Positions 1 through 8,356 of a stretch of 42,984 nucleotides of DNA are shown here, in pieces. A program made the translations under genes and the position numbers. The stretch covers positions 1 to 42,984 of IMG/VR virus record IMGVR_UViG_3300045988_157988. One strand, given 5' to 3'. Position 1 is the stretch's first letter. Each line of letters opens with the position of its first letter. Below the pieces are notes generated by a model, which saw nothing but the letters and a program-made list of their open reading frames with translations, made no database searches and was not told the origin of the DNA. The stretch comes from a virus.

Positions 1-119
1 ACAATAACATTAAAAATCTTTTTTTCATTTCTTCCTCCTAAAAATTAAATTTATATTAATTATAGTGAAACACCATAATATACAACCTTACCTAAAATTT
101 CAGGTACGCTCATTCCATC
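1..119. repeat. Left copy of the 119-nt terminal direct repeat; identical to 42866..42984. Interpreted as circular-closure overlap.
   Basis: Base-by-base comparison shows 119/119 identity between the first and last 119 nt. The repeat carries the start codon of the lipoprotein gene and the 3' end of the repressor gene. Confidence 0.9.
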
Positions 120-752
120 TTCCATATCACTAAATTTATAAACATTATCTTTATGGTGAGGGTTTGTACTATGTGGTCTAAATATGACACAATCATCTTT
201 TTTAATAAACTCTTTTATACTCCAACTATCCTCATAAGAATACATTACTATATCTCCACTTTCAACATTTTCATAAGGTAATAATTTTTGAATTATAACT
301 AAACTATATTCAGGAATTATTTTATCCATACTGTCTCCTCTAGTTTTTAGGGCTACTAAATTTGACTTACCCGCTATATCTCCAAGTATGGCGTTAGGTA
401 ATTCTATTTCTTTAACTTCTATATCTTGTGAGTATTCTGGCATAATAGGACTGCTACAATTCACACAGATATTATCGTAAAATAACATTGATGTTGTTGA
501 AATGTCTAAATGGGTTTCTGTTTTTTTAAAATCATCTAAAGAAATATTTTGTTTATAGTTTTCTATTTCTAATAATTCTAAAGGATTAATTTTTAATACT
601 TTAGAAATTTCTTTGAATTTTGATAAAGGTAAATCAACTTCTGATTTTTCATATTTACTAATTGAGCTTTCGTGAACTTCTAATTTTTGAGCTAATTCTC
701 TCTTACTCATATTCAAATTTTCTCTATGTTTTTTTATTATATCTCCTAGCAT
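60..752 (-). CDS. CI-like prophage repressor with an N-terminal XRE-type HTH and a C-terminal S24 LexA-like peptidase domain.
   Basis: N-terminus reads SKRELAQKLEVHESSISKYE, typical of an HTH. The C-terminus carries a GDSM serine motif and a downstream lysine consistent with the S24 Ser/Lys dyad. GGAGA RBS on the minus strand; gene runs divergent from cro. Confidence 0.85.
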   Translation of the reverse strand: MLGDIIKKHRENLNMSKRELAQKLEVHESSISKYEKSEVDLPLSKFKEISKVLKINPLELLEIENYKQNISLDDFKKTETHLDISTTSMLFYDNICVNCSSPIMPEYSQDIEVKEIELPNAILGDIAGKSNLVALKTRGDSMDKIIPEYSLVIIQKLLPYENVESGDIVMYSYEDSWSIKEFIKKDDCVIFRPHSTNPHHKDNVYKFSDMEDGMSVPEILGKVVYYGVSL

Positions 753-782
753 AAAAATTCTCCTTTCTTATTATTTAATAAA

Positions 783-811
783 ATTATATCATATAAAAAA
801 AGCAAAATCAA
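783..811 (-). promoter_or_regulatory. Sigma-A promoter for the repressor gene (PRM-like): TTGATT, 17-nt spacer, TGaTATAAT.
   Basis: On the minus strand the -35 TTGATT lies at 811..806 and the -10 TATAAT at 788..783, with an extended TG. It sits about 30 nt upstream of the repressor start codon. Confidence 0.6.
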
Positions 812-864
812 GAACAAAATTCAAATATTTTTGAAAAAAATTTAAAAAAACTTGAATAAAAGTA

Positions 865-893
865 TTGACAATCGAAAAATAGAAGTGTATAAT
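865..893 (+). promoter_or_regulatory. Early lytic promoter (PR-like) with perfect consensus TTGACA, 17-nt spacer, TGtTATAAT.
   Basis: TTGACA at 865-870 and TATAAT at 888-893, with TG at -15/-14. It faces the cro-like gene and is flanked by CTTGAAT (851-857) and ATTCAAG (904-910) half-sites. Confidence 0.75.
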
Positions 894-932
894 ATAATTA
901 AATTCAAGTTTTGTTTAGAAAGGGGTGAGGAA

Positions 933-1133
933 ATGAACATATTTTTATTAAAGGGAAAATTAATAGAAAATCAGAAAACTTATGTTGATTGTGCTAAAGA
1001 ACTTAATATTTCAACATCTACATTTTCTGATAAAATAAATGGTAAAGTTGAATTTAAAATTAAAGAAGCGGTTCAACTTTCTAAATTTTTGAATTTAAAT
1101 GATGAAGAATATTTAAAAATTTTTTTTAATTAA
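933..1133 (+). CDS. Cro-like small HTH regulator.
   Basis: The ORF-track ORF 852..1133 was trimmed to the ATG at 933, which follows the RBS AAAGGGGTGAGG. The 66-aa product contains a helix-turn-helix-like segment (TYVDCAKELNISTSTFSDKING). Divergent from the repressor. Confidence 0.7.
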   Translation: MNIFLLKGKLIENQKTYVDCAKELNISTSTFSDKINGKVEFKIKEAVQLSKFLNLNDEEYLKIFFN

Positions 1134-1135
1134 AA

Positions 1136-1152
1136 ACTTGAATTAAATTCAA
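1136..1152. promoter_or_regulatory. Perfect 17-bp palindrome CTTGAATTAAATTCAAG; candidate operator for Cro or CI.
   Basis: Perfect dyad symmetry (7-3-7) immediately after the cro stop codon. The same half-sites flank the PR promoter. Confidence 0.45.
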
Positions 1153-1175
1153 GATAAAACGGAAAGGGAAACGTA

Positions 1176-1361
1176 ATGGAAGAAAAAATTTTACAAGAAT
1201 TAAAAGAGATAAAAGAAATGCTCCGTATTGTTGCGAGAAATACAGAGCAAAAAGAAATAAAAATTTCTTTAGAAGTATCTAATATTGAAAGTAAAAGCAA
1301 AGTAGCTATTACTAAAGACAATATTAGAATTAAATCAGATAAGATAATAATTGTAGATTAA
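1176..1361 (+). CDS. Hypothetical small protein (61 aa).
   Basis: GGAAAGGGAAA RBS ahead of the ATG. Lysine/glutamate-rich. No recognisable domain. Confidence 0.5.
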   Translation: MEEKILQELKEIKEMLRIVARNTEQKEIKISLEVSNIESKSKVAITKDNIRIKSDKIIIVD

Positions 1362-1409
1362 GGTTGTAGAGAGAGGAACAAAAGCAATGACAAAGAAAGG
1401 AGGTAGGAG

Positions 1410-1565
1410 ATGGAAGAAAAGAAATATAAGGATGAGCTTTTAACTCATATAAAATTTTTAATGAATTATTTAAAAGAAAAACACCATCCACATACTGTAA
1501 TAGAAATTACAATGGATGGCGTAAAGATAAAAGAAACTATAGAAAGTATTCCTATAGAACTCTAG
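1410..1565 (+). CDS. Hypothetical small protein (51 aa); not in the ORF track because it is under 60 aa.
   Basis: Strong RBS AAAGGAGGTAGGAG 6 nt ahead of the ATG at 1410. Translated by hand: MEEKKYKDELLTHIKFLMNYLKEKHHPHTVIEITMDGVKIKETIESIPIEL. Confidence 0.45.
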   Translation: MEEKKYKDELLTHIKFLMNYLKEKHHPHTVIEITMDGVKIKETIESIPIEL

Positions 1566-1764
1566 AATAACGATGAGTTTTATCAAGTCTTGATAGTGCC
1601 GAACCTAGAGATGTTGAGTTAATAAAATCAATATATTCGGCTTGTGAAACGTTGTAATATTGATATATAGCTCCGTTTTTAAATTCAACTTCAAGTGTGT
1701 TGTTTTCCCAGCCTACACTTTGAATTCTACTTGATGAAACATACTGTCTATTCATATAATTCAC
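1552..1764 (-). CDS. KTSC-domain protein.
   Basis: Pattern IQSVGWENNTLEVEFKNGAIYQYYNVSQAEYIDFINSTSLGSA matches the KTSC (PF13619-like) signature (L.V.F.nG..Y.Y..V....Y......S.G). GGGGGTG RBS on the minus strand. Confidence 0.6.
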   Translation of the reverse strand: MNYMNRQYVSSSRIQSVGWENNTLEVEFKNGAIYQYYNVSQAEYIDFINSTSLGSALSRLDKTHRYSRVL

Positions 1765-1817
1765 CCCCTTTCAAGCTAATTATAGCACAAAGGGGAGAAA
1801 AAGAAAGGAAAATAAAA

Positions 1818-2582
1818 ATGAACGATTTACAAATTTTTAGAAATGACAATTTTGGAGAGGTAAGGACTTTGATAGTAAATGATGAGCCTTATTTTGTAGC
1901 AAAAGATGTGGCAGATATATTAGGTTATCAAAATGGTAGCAGAGATATAAATATACACGTTGAAGAAGAAGATAGGCTGAAGTACAAAATCAGTACTTCA
2001 GGTCAATTAAGAGAACAAATACTAATCAATGAAAGTGGTCTTTACAGTTTAATTTTATCAAGTAAGTTACCACAAGCGAAGCAATTTAAAAAATGGGTTA
2101 CAAGCGAGGTAATACCAACGATTAGAAAACACGGAGCATATATGACAGGTGAAACTTTAGAACAAGCCTTAACAAGCCCGGACTTTTTAATTCAGTTAGC
2201 AACAAAACTAAAAGAGGAGCAAGAAAAGAACTTGAATTTACAAGCTATCAATTCAAGATTAGAGGTTGAAAATGAGATAATGCAACCTAAAGCAGAATAT
2301 TTTGATGAGCTAGTCGCAAGAAATTTATTAACTAATTTTAGAGATACGGCAAAAATGTTCCAAATAAAGCAAAATGAATTTATTAAATTTTTACTAGATA
2401 AAAAGTACATTTATAGAGATAACAAAGGTAAGTTATTACCTTATGCTAGTAAAAATACAGGACTTTTTGAAATAAAAGAAACTTTAAACTTTAAGACAGA
2501 TTTTAAAACAACTCAAACACTGATAACTCCGTTAGGACGTGAACATTTTAGAGTTTTAGTAGCTGGTTTAAAAAATAATTAA
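1818..2582 (+). CDS. Phage antirepressor with an N-terminal Bro-N domain and a C-terminal KilA-C domain.
   Basis: FGEVRTLIVNDEPYFVAKDVADILGY is a classic Bro-N N-terminus. The C-terminal AEYFDELVARNLL...GLFEIKE segment resembles KilAC. Start trimmed to the ATG at 1818 behind an AAAGGGGAGAAA RBS. Confidence 0.75.
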   Translation: MNDLQIFRNDNFGEVRTLIVNDEPYFVAKDVADILGYQNGSRDINIHVEEEDRLKYKISTSGQLREQILINESGLYSLILSSKLPQAKQFKKWVTSEVIPTIRKHGAYMTGETLEQALTSPDFLIQLATKLKEEQEKNLNLQAINSRLEVENEIMQPKAEYFDELVARNLLTNFRDTAKMFQIKQNEFIKFLLDKKYIYRDNKGKLLPYASKNTGLFEIKETLNFKTDFKTTQTLITPLGREHFRVLVAGLKNN

Positions 2583-2599
2583 TAATGAGGAGAAAAAAT

Positions 2600-2797
2600 A
2601 TGTATTATGTAAAATCAAAAATTAAGGATTTAGAAATTAATATTGAAATCGAGGACAATGTATATACAAAATGCAATGAATGTGGTCGAGAAATAAGTAT
2701 AGACTTATTTGAACATTTTGATAGTGGTTGTGATTTATGTTCTACCGTTTGTTTTTGTTCAGAATGTTCTAAGAAAATGAAAAAACTTAATAAATAA
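2600..2797 (+). CDS. Small cysteine-rich protein, putative zinc finger.
   Basis: Three spaced cysteine pairs: CNECG, CDLC and CSEC. RBS AATGAGGAG. Confidence 0.5.
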   Translation: MYYVKSKIKDLEINIEIEDNVYTKCNECGREISIDLFEHFDSGCDLCSTVCFCSECSKKMKKLNK

Positions 2798-2815
2798 AGA
2801 AAAGAGGATTTTGAT

Positions 2816-3460
2816 ATGAATAAATTTAAAAAATACTGTCCGAATGTGTGGATAGCTGAATGTGAAGAAGAATACGAGAAAGGCGATATTATAGAGCTTA
2901 CCACAAAATACAATAAAGAAGTTGAATGTGAGGTTTATAACTTTTTAGGAAAGACATCAACCGAAAAATACTTGTATTCAATTGTTAGACTTGAAGATGA
3001 AAGTTATGCAGAAAAAAAAGCGAGAAAGTATAACAATGCAAGTGCTAAAAATATAGCTAAACGTGATGAAAAGTTTAATCAAGCACAAGAGGGCAGAGAT
3101 TTTTTAGTACTTGCAGAACCTATTAAGGTGGGTCATCACAGCGAAAGAGGACACAGAGCATTGCTTCAAAGAAACGAAAATAGAATGCGAAAGGCTTTTG
3201 AGTTTGAAGATAAAGCAAAGGAACAACAACGTAAAGCACAATACTGGGAAGCAAAAGCAAAAAAAATAACTTTAGCAATGCCGGAAAGTTTAGAATACTT
3301 TGAATATGAACTTGAAAAGGCAGAAAAACATCACAAAGACTTAAAATACAATCCACAAAAAAGGCAACATTCTTACGATTTAACTTATGCAAAAAAGGCT
3401 GTAAATGAGTTAAAGAAAAAGGTTGAAATAGCAAAAATGTTATGGGGCGAAAATGAATAG
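2816..3460 (+). CDS. Hypothetical phage protein, possibly DUF3560-like with a VGHHSE motif.
   Basis: GAGGAT RBS. Conserved-looking GHHSERGHRA motif followed by a KE-rich helical tail. The family assignment is from memory and unverified. Confidence 0.4.
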   Translation: MNKFKKYCPNVWIAECEEEYEKGDIIELTTKYNKEVECEVYNFLGKTSTEKYLYSIVRLEDESYAEKKARKYNNASAKNIAKRDEKFNQAQEGRDFLVLAEPIKVGHHSERGHRALLQRNENRMRKAFEFEDKAKEQQRKAQYWEAKAKKITLAMPESLEYFEYELEKAEKHHKDLKYNPQKRQHSYDLTYAKKAVNELKKKVEIAKMLWGENE

Positions 3461-3475
3461 AAAGGGGGTTAGATT

Positions 3476-3826
3476 ATGGACTATTCAAGAGAGTTAATGC
3501 AAAGACTTTTATACAATCAAATGAGCCAGAGTGATTTAGCTAAAATGCTTAATGTAAGCAAATCGGCTGTTAGTCAGTGGGTCAATGGTACAAGTGAGCC
3601 AAGCACAAAGAATTGGCAAATAATCGTTGAAAAGTTACAAGTACCAAATAAAGAATTAAAAAACATCAGCATAAAAAAAGCTAGTGAAATTTTAGGAAAG
3701 AGCGAACAATTTATAAGAATTGGACTTCAAAGAGGATTTTTAGACTTTGGAAAAGCCGTAAAGAATGGTAGCAAATATAATTACCATATAAGCCCATATA
3801 AGCTGATGGAATATGTGGGTGGATAA
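3476..3826 (+). CDS. XRE-family HTH DNA-binding protein.
   Basis: SQSDLAKMLNVSKSAVSQWVNGTSEP is a canonical HTH_3-type helix-turn-helix. RBS AAAGGGGGT. Confidence 0.7.
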   Translation: MDYSRELMQRLLYNQMSQSDLAKMLNVSKSAVSQWVNGTSEPSTKNWQIIVEKLQVPNKELKNISIKKASEILGKSEQFIRIGLQRGFLDFGKAVKNGSKYNYHISPYKLMEYVGG

Positions 3827-3916
3827 AAGAAAAAGTGCGTTTTTAAATCGCAAAATTTAACGCACTTAGCAAAAATAACCAATTAAAGTATATCAAAAAT
3901 AATGGAGGTTGTAAAG

Positions 3917-4126
3917 ATGGAAGAATTACAAAACGATATTATAAATAGTCAAATTTTAAATATTTTAAATAAGAAACGAATTGAAGATAAAATCGAAGAA
4001 AATAGAAAAGTAGAGGTACAAAAAAATGAAAGACGAACAAGTGATAACCGTAGTATTTTTGCTATTGTTATGGGGGTTATTGGGTTTAATTATTTGCTAT
4101 TACTTGTAATAGGAAGATTAATATAA
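3917..4126 (+). CDS. Small protein with a C-terminal transmembrane helix.
   Basis: ATG at 3917 follows a GGAGG RBS. Hydrophobic C-terminus IFAIVMGVIGFNYLLLLVIG. Confidence 0.45.
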   Translation: MEELQNDIINSQILNILNKKRIEDKIEENRKVEVQKNERRTSDNRSIFAIVMGVIGFNYLLLLVIGRLI

Positions 4127-4139
4127 TAGGAGGATTTAT

Positions 4140-6077
4140 ATGCAAGAATTAATTTTAAAAAGTTTGAAATTACAAAATTTCAAAGGCATTAAAGATTTAG
4201 AAATAAACTTTAATGATGAAACAGTTATATCAGGAGCAAATGCAACGGGAAAGACAACGATATTTGACGCTTATAGTTGGTTGTTGTGGGATAAAGACAG
4301 TTTTAATCGTAAAGACTTTAATATAAAGCCTTTTGCAGAAAATGGAGAGGTTAAACATGGTCTTGAAACTGTTGTAACTGGAGTGTTTGAGGTAGAGGGT
4401 TCAATTATTGAACTTATGAAAAATTATCACGAAAAATGGACTAAAAAAAGAGGTAATGCCGACCTAGTTTTTGAGGGAAACACAACAGACTATTATATAA
4501 ATTCTGTACCAATCAAAAAATCAGAATACAATGCAAGAATAGAAAGTTTAATAAGTGAAAGAGAGTTTAATTTATTATCTAATCCGATTTATTTCAATCA
4601 AATTTTAGATAAAAAAGAACGTAGAGATGTATTGTTATCTTTAATAACAGACGTTAAAAAAGAGGACGTTTTAGTTTGTTTTGAGGACTTAAAAGAATTA
4701 GACTTAGACAACTACAAAATTGATGAAATAAAGGCTATGGCAAAAGCTACATCAAAGAAAATTAACAAAGATATTGAAGATATACCCGTTAGAATTTCAG
4801 AACTTGAAAATACAAAGAAAGATTATAACTTTAAAGAACTTGAAAGCGAAAAAACAGAACTTGAAAAAGAACTAAAAAACATTGATAACTTAATTTTAAA
4901 ATCTTCTAAAAGTGCTGATATTATCACAGAGAAAAACAACTTGATACAAGATTATTCAAACAGAATGAGAGATATAAAAAGAGAAGTTGACGACTTTAAC
5001 GAAGATGAAGAAAGAAAGATTTTAAGAAGTTTTAAAGAGAAAAAAGAAATTTTTGAAGATACAAAAAATGAACTTAAGAAATCTTTAAGACGTCAAGAGG
5101 ATAAGCTGGATAACTTAAAAGAAGAAGTTAAGCACTTTGAAAAGTTGATAGCAAAGAATGATGAAGATATAAAAACTTTACGTCAAAAATGGGTTGATAT
5201 AAATTCAAAAGAATTTGACGGAAGTTTAGTTTGTCCGACTTGTAAAAGAGAGTTTGAAGAAGATAAGAAAGATGAGATTTTAGCAGATTTTAACAAGCAT
5301 AAAGCAGAAAATCTTTTAAAACTTGAAAAAGAAGCCAACGAAGTAAAAGAAGAAACAGAAGAATTTACAAAGAAACTTGAAAAGACAAGAAAAGACAAAG
5401 ATGAAGTACAAGAAAGAATTAAAGAACTCGAAAAAGAATATAACGACTTTGGAGAGTTTGAAGATGAAAAACCTGTATTTGTTAAGAAAGAATTACCTGA
5501 TAGTTATTTCAATTTAGAAAAAGAAATTAAAAAAATTAAAGAAGATTTACAGTCTATTTCAGAAAATGACAATACAAATCTTTTAGAAGATAAAAAAAGG
5601 ATAAATGACGAAATAAACGCATTAAATTCCAGAATACAATACAAAGTTTTAAATGAAGAATTAGAACAAAAAATAAACGTTTACATTCAAAAAGAAAAGG
5701 AACTTGCGACGCAATTTGAAGAACAATCAAGAGTATTATATTTGTGTGATGAGTATATCAAAATTTACACAAATTTAGTACAAGATAAAGTTAATGACTT
5801 GTTCAAAGTTGTAAACTTTAGACTTTTTGAAACTCAAGTAAATGGAGAATTAAAAGAAACTTGCGAATCTACAGTAAACGGAGTTCCTTATAGTGATGTA
5901 AATAATGCAGGTAAAATCAACGCAGGTCTTGATGTTATAAATTCATTAAGTAAATTTATGCAAAAGAGAGTACCTATTTTTGTTGATAACGCTGAAAGTG
6001 TAAACAAGTTGATAGACGTAAATAGTCAAATAATAAAGCTATATGTTAGCGAAGAAAAAGAATTAAAAATTAAATAA
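4140..6077 (+). CDS. SbcC/SMC/RecF-like AAA ATPase with coiled-coil; the recombination-associated ATPase that precedes RecT in many phages.
   Basis: N-terminal Walker A GANATGKTT in an SMC_N-like context (LKLQNFKGIKDLEINF). Long central KE-rich coiled-coil with a CPTC zinc hook-like motif. C-terminal Walker B/D-loop-like segment IFVDNAESV. Confidence 0.7.
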   Translation: MQELILKSLKLQNFKGIKDLEINFNDETVISGANATGKTTIFDAYSWLLWDKDSFNRKDFNIKPFAENGEVKHGLETVVTGVFEVEGSIIELMKNYHEKWTKKRGNADLVFEGNTTDYYINSVPIKKSEYNARIESLISEREFNLLSNPIYFNQILDKKERRDVLLSLITDVKKEDVLVCFEDLKELDLDNYKIDEIKAMAKATSKKINKDIEDIPVRISELENTKKDYNFKELESEKTELEKELKNIDNLILKSSKSADIITEKNNLIQDYSNRMRDIKREVDDFNEDEERKILRSFKEKKEIFEDTKNELKKSLRRQEDKLDNLKEEVKHFEKLIAKNDEDIKTLRQKWVDINSKEFDGSLVCPTCKREFEEDKKDEILADFNKHKAENLLKLEKEANEVKEETEEFTKKLEKTRKDKDEVQERIKELEKEYNDFGEFEDEKPVFVKKELPDSYFNLEKEIKKIKEDLQSISENDNTNLLEDKKRINDEINALNSRIQYKVLNEELEQKINVYIQKEKELATQFEEQSRVLYLCDEYIKIYTNLVQDKVNDLFKVVNFRLFETQVNGELKETCESTVNGVPYSDVNNAGKINAGLDVINSLSKFMQKRVPIFVDNAESVNKLIDVNSQIIKLYVSEEKELKIK

Positions 6078-6092
6078 AAAAGGAGATAGAAA

Positions 6093-6971
6093 ATGAACGA
6101 AATTAAGAAAATTGAAGACGGGAAAAAAGCTTTAAGTCCTGCAAACAGAATGAAAGGCTTAGTAAGTAATAATCAAGTACAAGAAATGTTTAAGAACTCA
6201 TTAGGAGAAAATGCAGGAGCATTCTTATCAAGTTTAATAGAATTATACAGCGACCCAACAGGGATGTTGAAAGATTGTAACCCAAACGAAGTTGTTATGG
6301 AGGCGTTAAAATCTGCAACATTAAAACTACCAATCAATAAAAATTTAGGTTTTGCATATATTATACCTTTCAACAAAAGCGAAAAAACACCTAATGGGTG
6401 GAAAAAAACAATACACCCTCAATTCCAAATAGGATATAAAGGTTTCATTCAATTAGCAATGAGAACAGGACAATATAAGACTATAAATTCAAATATGGTT
6501 TATGAGGGAATGGAAGTATCTGAAAATTATCTTACGGGAGAAATTGAAATTAAAGGCAAGAAAAAAAGCGATAAGATAATAGGTTATTTTAGTTATTTTA
6601 AACTTGTAAATGGTTTTGAAAAAATGATTTATTGGACTGTTGAACAAGTTGAAAATCACGCAAAGAAATTTAGTAAATCATATTCTGGTAGAGGTAATAA
6701 AGGCAATGTTTGGACTGATAATTTTGATGAAATGGCTTTAAAAACTGTTACCAAGAGAATTTTATCAAAATATGGAGTTTTAAGTGTTGAATTGCAAAAT
6801 GTAATTCAGGAAGAAACAGACAACGAACTTGCAGAAGAAATAGAGCAAAACGCAAATAAGAAAGAACTTGAAATTGTTGGACAAGTTGAAATTGAAGAAG
6901 TTGTACAAAACGTTGAAGAAATAAGCGATATTTCAAATTTAGAAGAAGTTACGGAAGAAGCTCCATTTTAG
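6093..6971 (+). CDS. recT: RecT-family single-strand annealing protein.
   Basis: FQIGYKGFIQLAMRTGQYKTINSNMVYEGMEV matches the RecT core (QfqiGYkG...l..rsG). Acidic C-terminal tail. Sits next to the ATPase and SSB. Confidence 0.8.
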   Translation: MNEIKKIEDGKKALSPANRMKGLVSNNQVQEMFKNSLGENAGAFLSSLIELYSDPTGMLKDCNPNEVVMEALKSATLKLPINKNLGFAYIIPFNKSEKTPNGWKKTIHPQFQIGYKGFIQLAMRTGQYKTINSNMVYEGMEVSENYLTGEIEIKGKKKSDKIIGYFSYFKLVNGFEKMIYWTVEQVENHAKKFSKSYSGRGNKGNVWTDNFDEMALKTVTKRILSKYGVLSVELQNVIQEETDNELAEEIEQNANKKELEIVGQVEIEEVVQNVEEISDISNLEEVTEEAPF

Positions 6972-6980
6972 AGGTTAAAA

Positions 6981-7700
6981 ATGATTGATGTAAAAGTAAT
7001 AGGCTCAGGTAGTAGTGGAAACTGCTACCTGTGCAATGTCAACGGCACACAATTACTTTTAGAGTGTGGGTTGTCATTTAAAACAATTCAAAAAGCCTTA
7101 AATTTTAAACTTAGCGATGTGTCGGCTTGTCTAGTAACCCACGAACACGGCGACCACTCAAAAGCCGTAAAAGACTTGATGAAAAACGGAATTAATGTAT
7201 ATGCAACAAAAGGAACTTTTGAAGCTTTAAATGTTTCAGGACACAGAGCAATATCTTTTAGAAAAGACAAGGTTGATACTTATTGTTATCATTTTTTTAA
7301 CAGGTTTATGATATTGCCTTTTGAAGCCGTCCACGATGTAAGAGAGCCGGTCAGCTTTTATATACAAGATATACACACAAAAGAAAGCTTGCTATTTATA
7401 ACTGACACAGCATATATCAAGTACAAAATACCAAACGTTGATGTGCTAATGGTTGAGTGTAACTATGTAAAATCAGTAATTGACAAGAAAGTGCAAGACG
7501 GAAAGTTACATCACGTTTTAAGAAATAGAATTGTTAAAAATCATATGAGTTTAGAAACTTTAAAAGAGGATTTAAAACAAGCAGATTTAAGCAATTTAAA
7601 AGAAATGTATGTACTGCATTTAAGCGACAGTAACAGTGATGAAAAATATATTCTGGAAGAATTACAAAAGCTGACAGGAAAATCGATAAAAATAGCTTAA
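6981..7700 (+). CDS. Metallo-beta-lactamase fold hydrolase, the usual phage recombination-module partner.
   Basis: HEHGDH (HxHxDH) motif and a glycine-rich N-terminus VIGSGSSGNCY. Confidence 0.75.
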   Translation: MIDVKVIGSGSSGNCYLCNVNGTQLLLECGLSFKTIQKALNFKLSDVSACLVTHEHGDHSKAVKDLMKNGINVYATKGTFEALNVSGHRAISFRKDKVDTYCYHFFNRFMILPFEAVHDVREPVSFYIQDIHTKESLLFITDTAYIKYKIPNVDVLMVECNYVKSVIDKKVQDGKLHHVLRNRIVKNHMSLETLKEDLKQADLSNLKEMYVLHLSDSNSDEKYILEELQKLTGKSIKIA

Positions 7701-7887
7701 ATTTTAATTAAAGATAATAAGGCACTCAATTATATTAAAAATAAACAAAAATAAAAAATAAACACAAAATTTTAATAATAAGCCTATACTGTAAACGGAA
7801 GTACCAATCACAAACAAAAACACAATTAACAACAAAAATAATTGAGTGTCTTTTTATACAACGAAAAAAACAAAGGAGATAAAGAAT

Positions 7888-8340
7888 ATGAATATAGTAA
7901 TGATAAGTGGACGATTAGTAAGGGAGATTGAATTAAAATACACAAACACACAAGAGCCTATGGCGTTTTGTAAATTTACATTAGCAGTTGATAGAGGAAT
8001 GAGTAAAGCGAAGAAAGAGCAAGCACAAAAAAGCGGACAAGCAGTAGCTGATTTTATTAACGTAACAGTTTTTGGAAAGCAAGCTGAAAATTGCAGTAAA
8101 TTTTTAGCTAAAGGTCGTAACGTTCTGATACAAGGTTCAATCCAAACAGGAAATTATGAAAAACAAGACGGAACTAGAGTTTTTACAACTGATGTATTAG
8201 CTCAAAGGGTTGAATTTATTGATTGGGGAGATAGCAAGAAAAACAATCAAAACAATCAAACAGCACAACCATTCGGACAGTTTGATGAGGGAGTAGAATT
8301 GCCATATCAAGAGGCAAACGATGAAGATATACCATTTTAG
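7888..8340 (+). CDS. ssb: Single-stranded DNA-binding protein.
   Basis: OB-fold N-terminus MNIVMISGRLVREIEL, a Q/N-rich linker and the acidic C-terminal tail DEDIPF. Start trimmed to the ATG at 7888 behind AAAGGAGAT. Confidence 0.85.
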   Translation: MNIVMISGRLVREIELKYTNTQEPMAFCKFTLAVDRGMSKAKKEQAQKSGQAVADFINVTVFGKQAENCSKFLAKGRNVLIQGSIQTGNYEKQDGTRVFTTDVLAQRVEFIDWGDSKKNNQNNQTAQPFGQFDEGVELPYQEANDEDIPF

Positions 8341-8356
8341 TAAATAAGGAGTAAAA

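Noticed and set aside
1-119. Terminal 119-nt direct repeat read as attL/attR of an integrated prophage.
   Set aside because: The repeat spans a start codon and a gene 3' end and is far longer than typical att cores. Both flanks are phage genes with no host sequence. Circular closure overlap is more parsimonious.
3846-3880. Inverted repeat AGTGCGTT ... AACGCACT after the HTH gene at 3476..3826.
   Set aside because: The loop is 17 nt and no T-run follows. It was not called a terminator, though it may be a protein-binding dyad.
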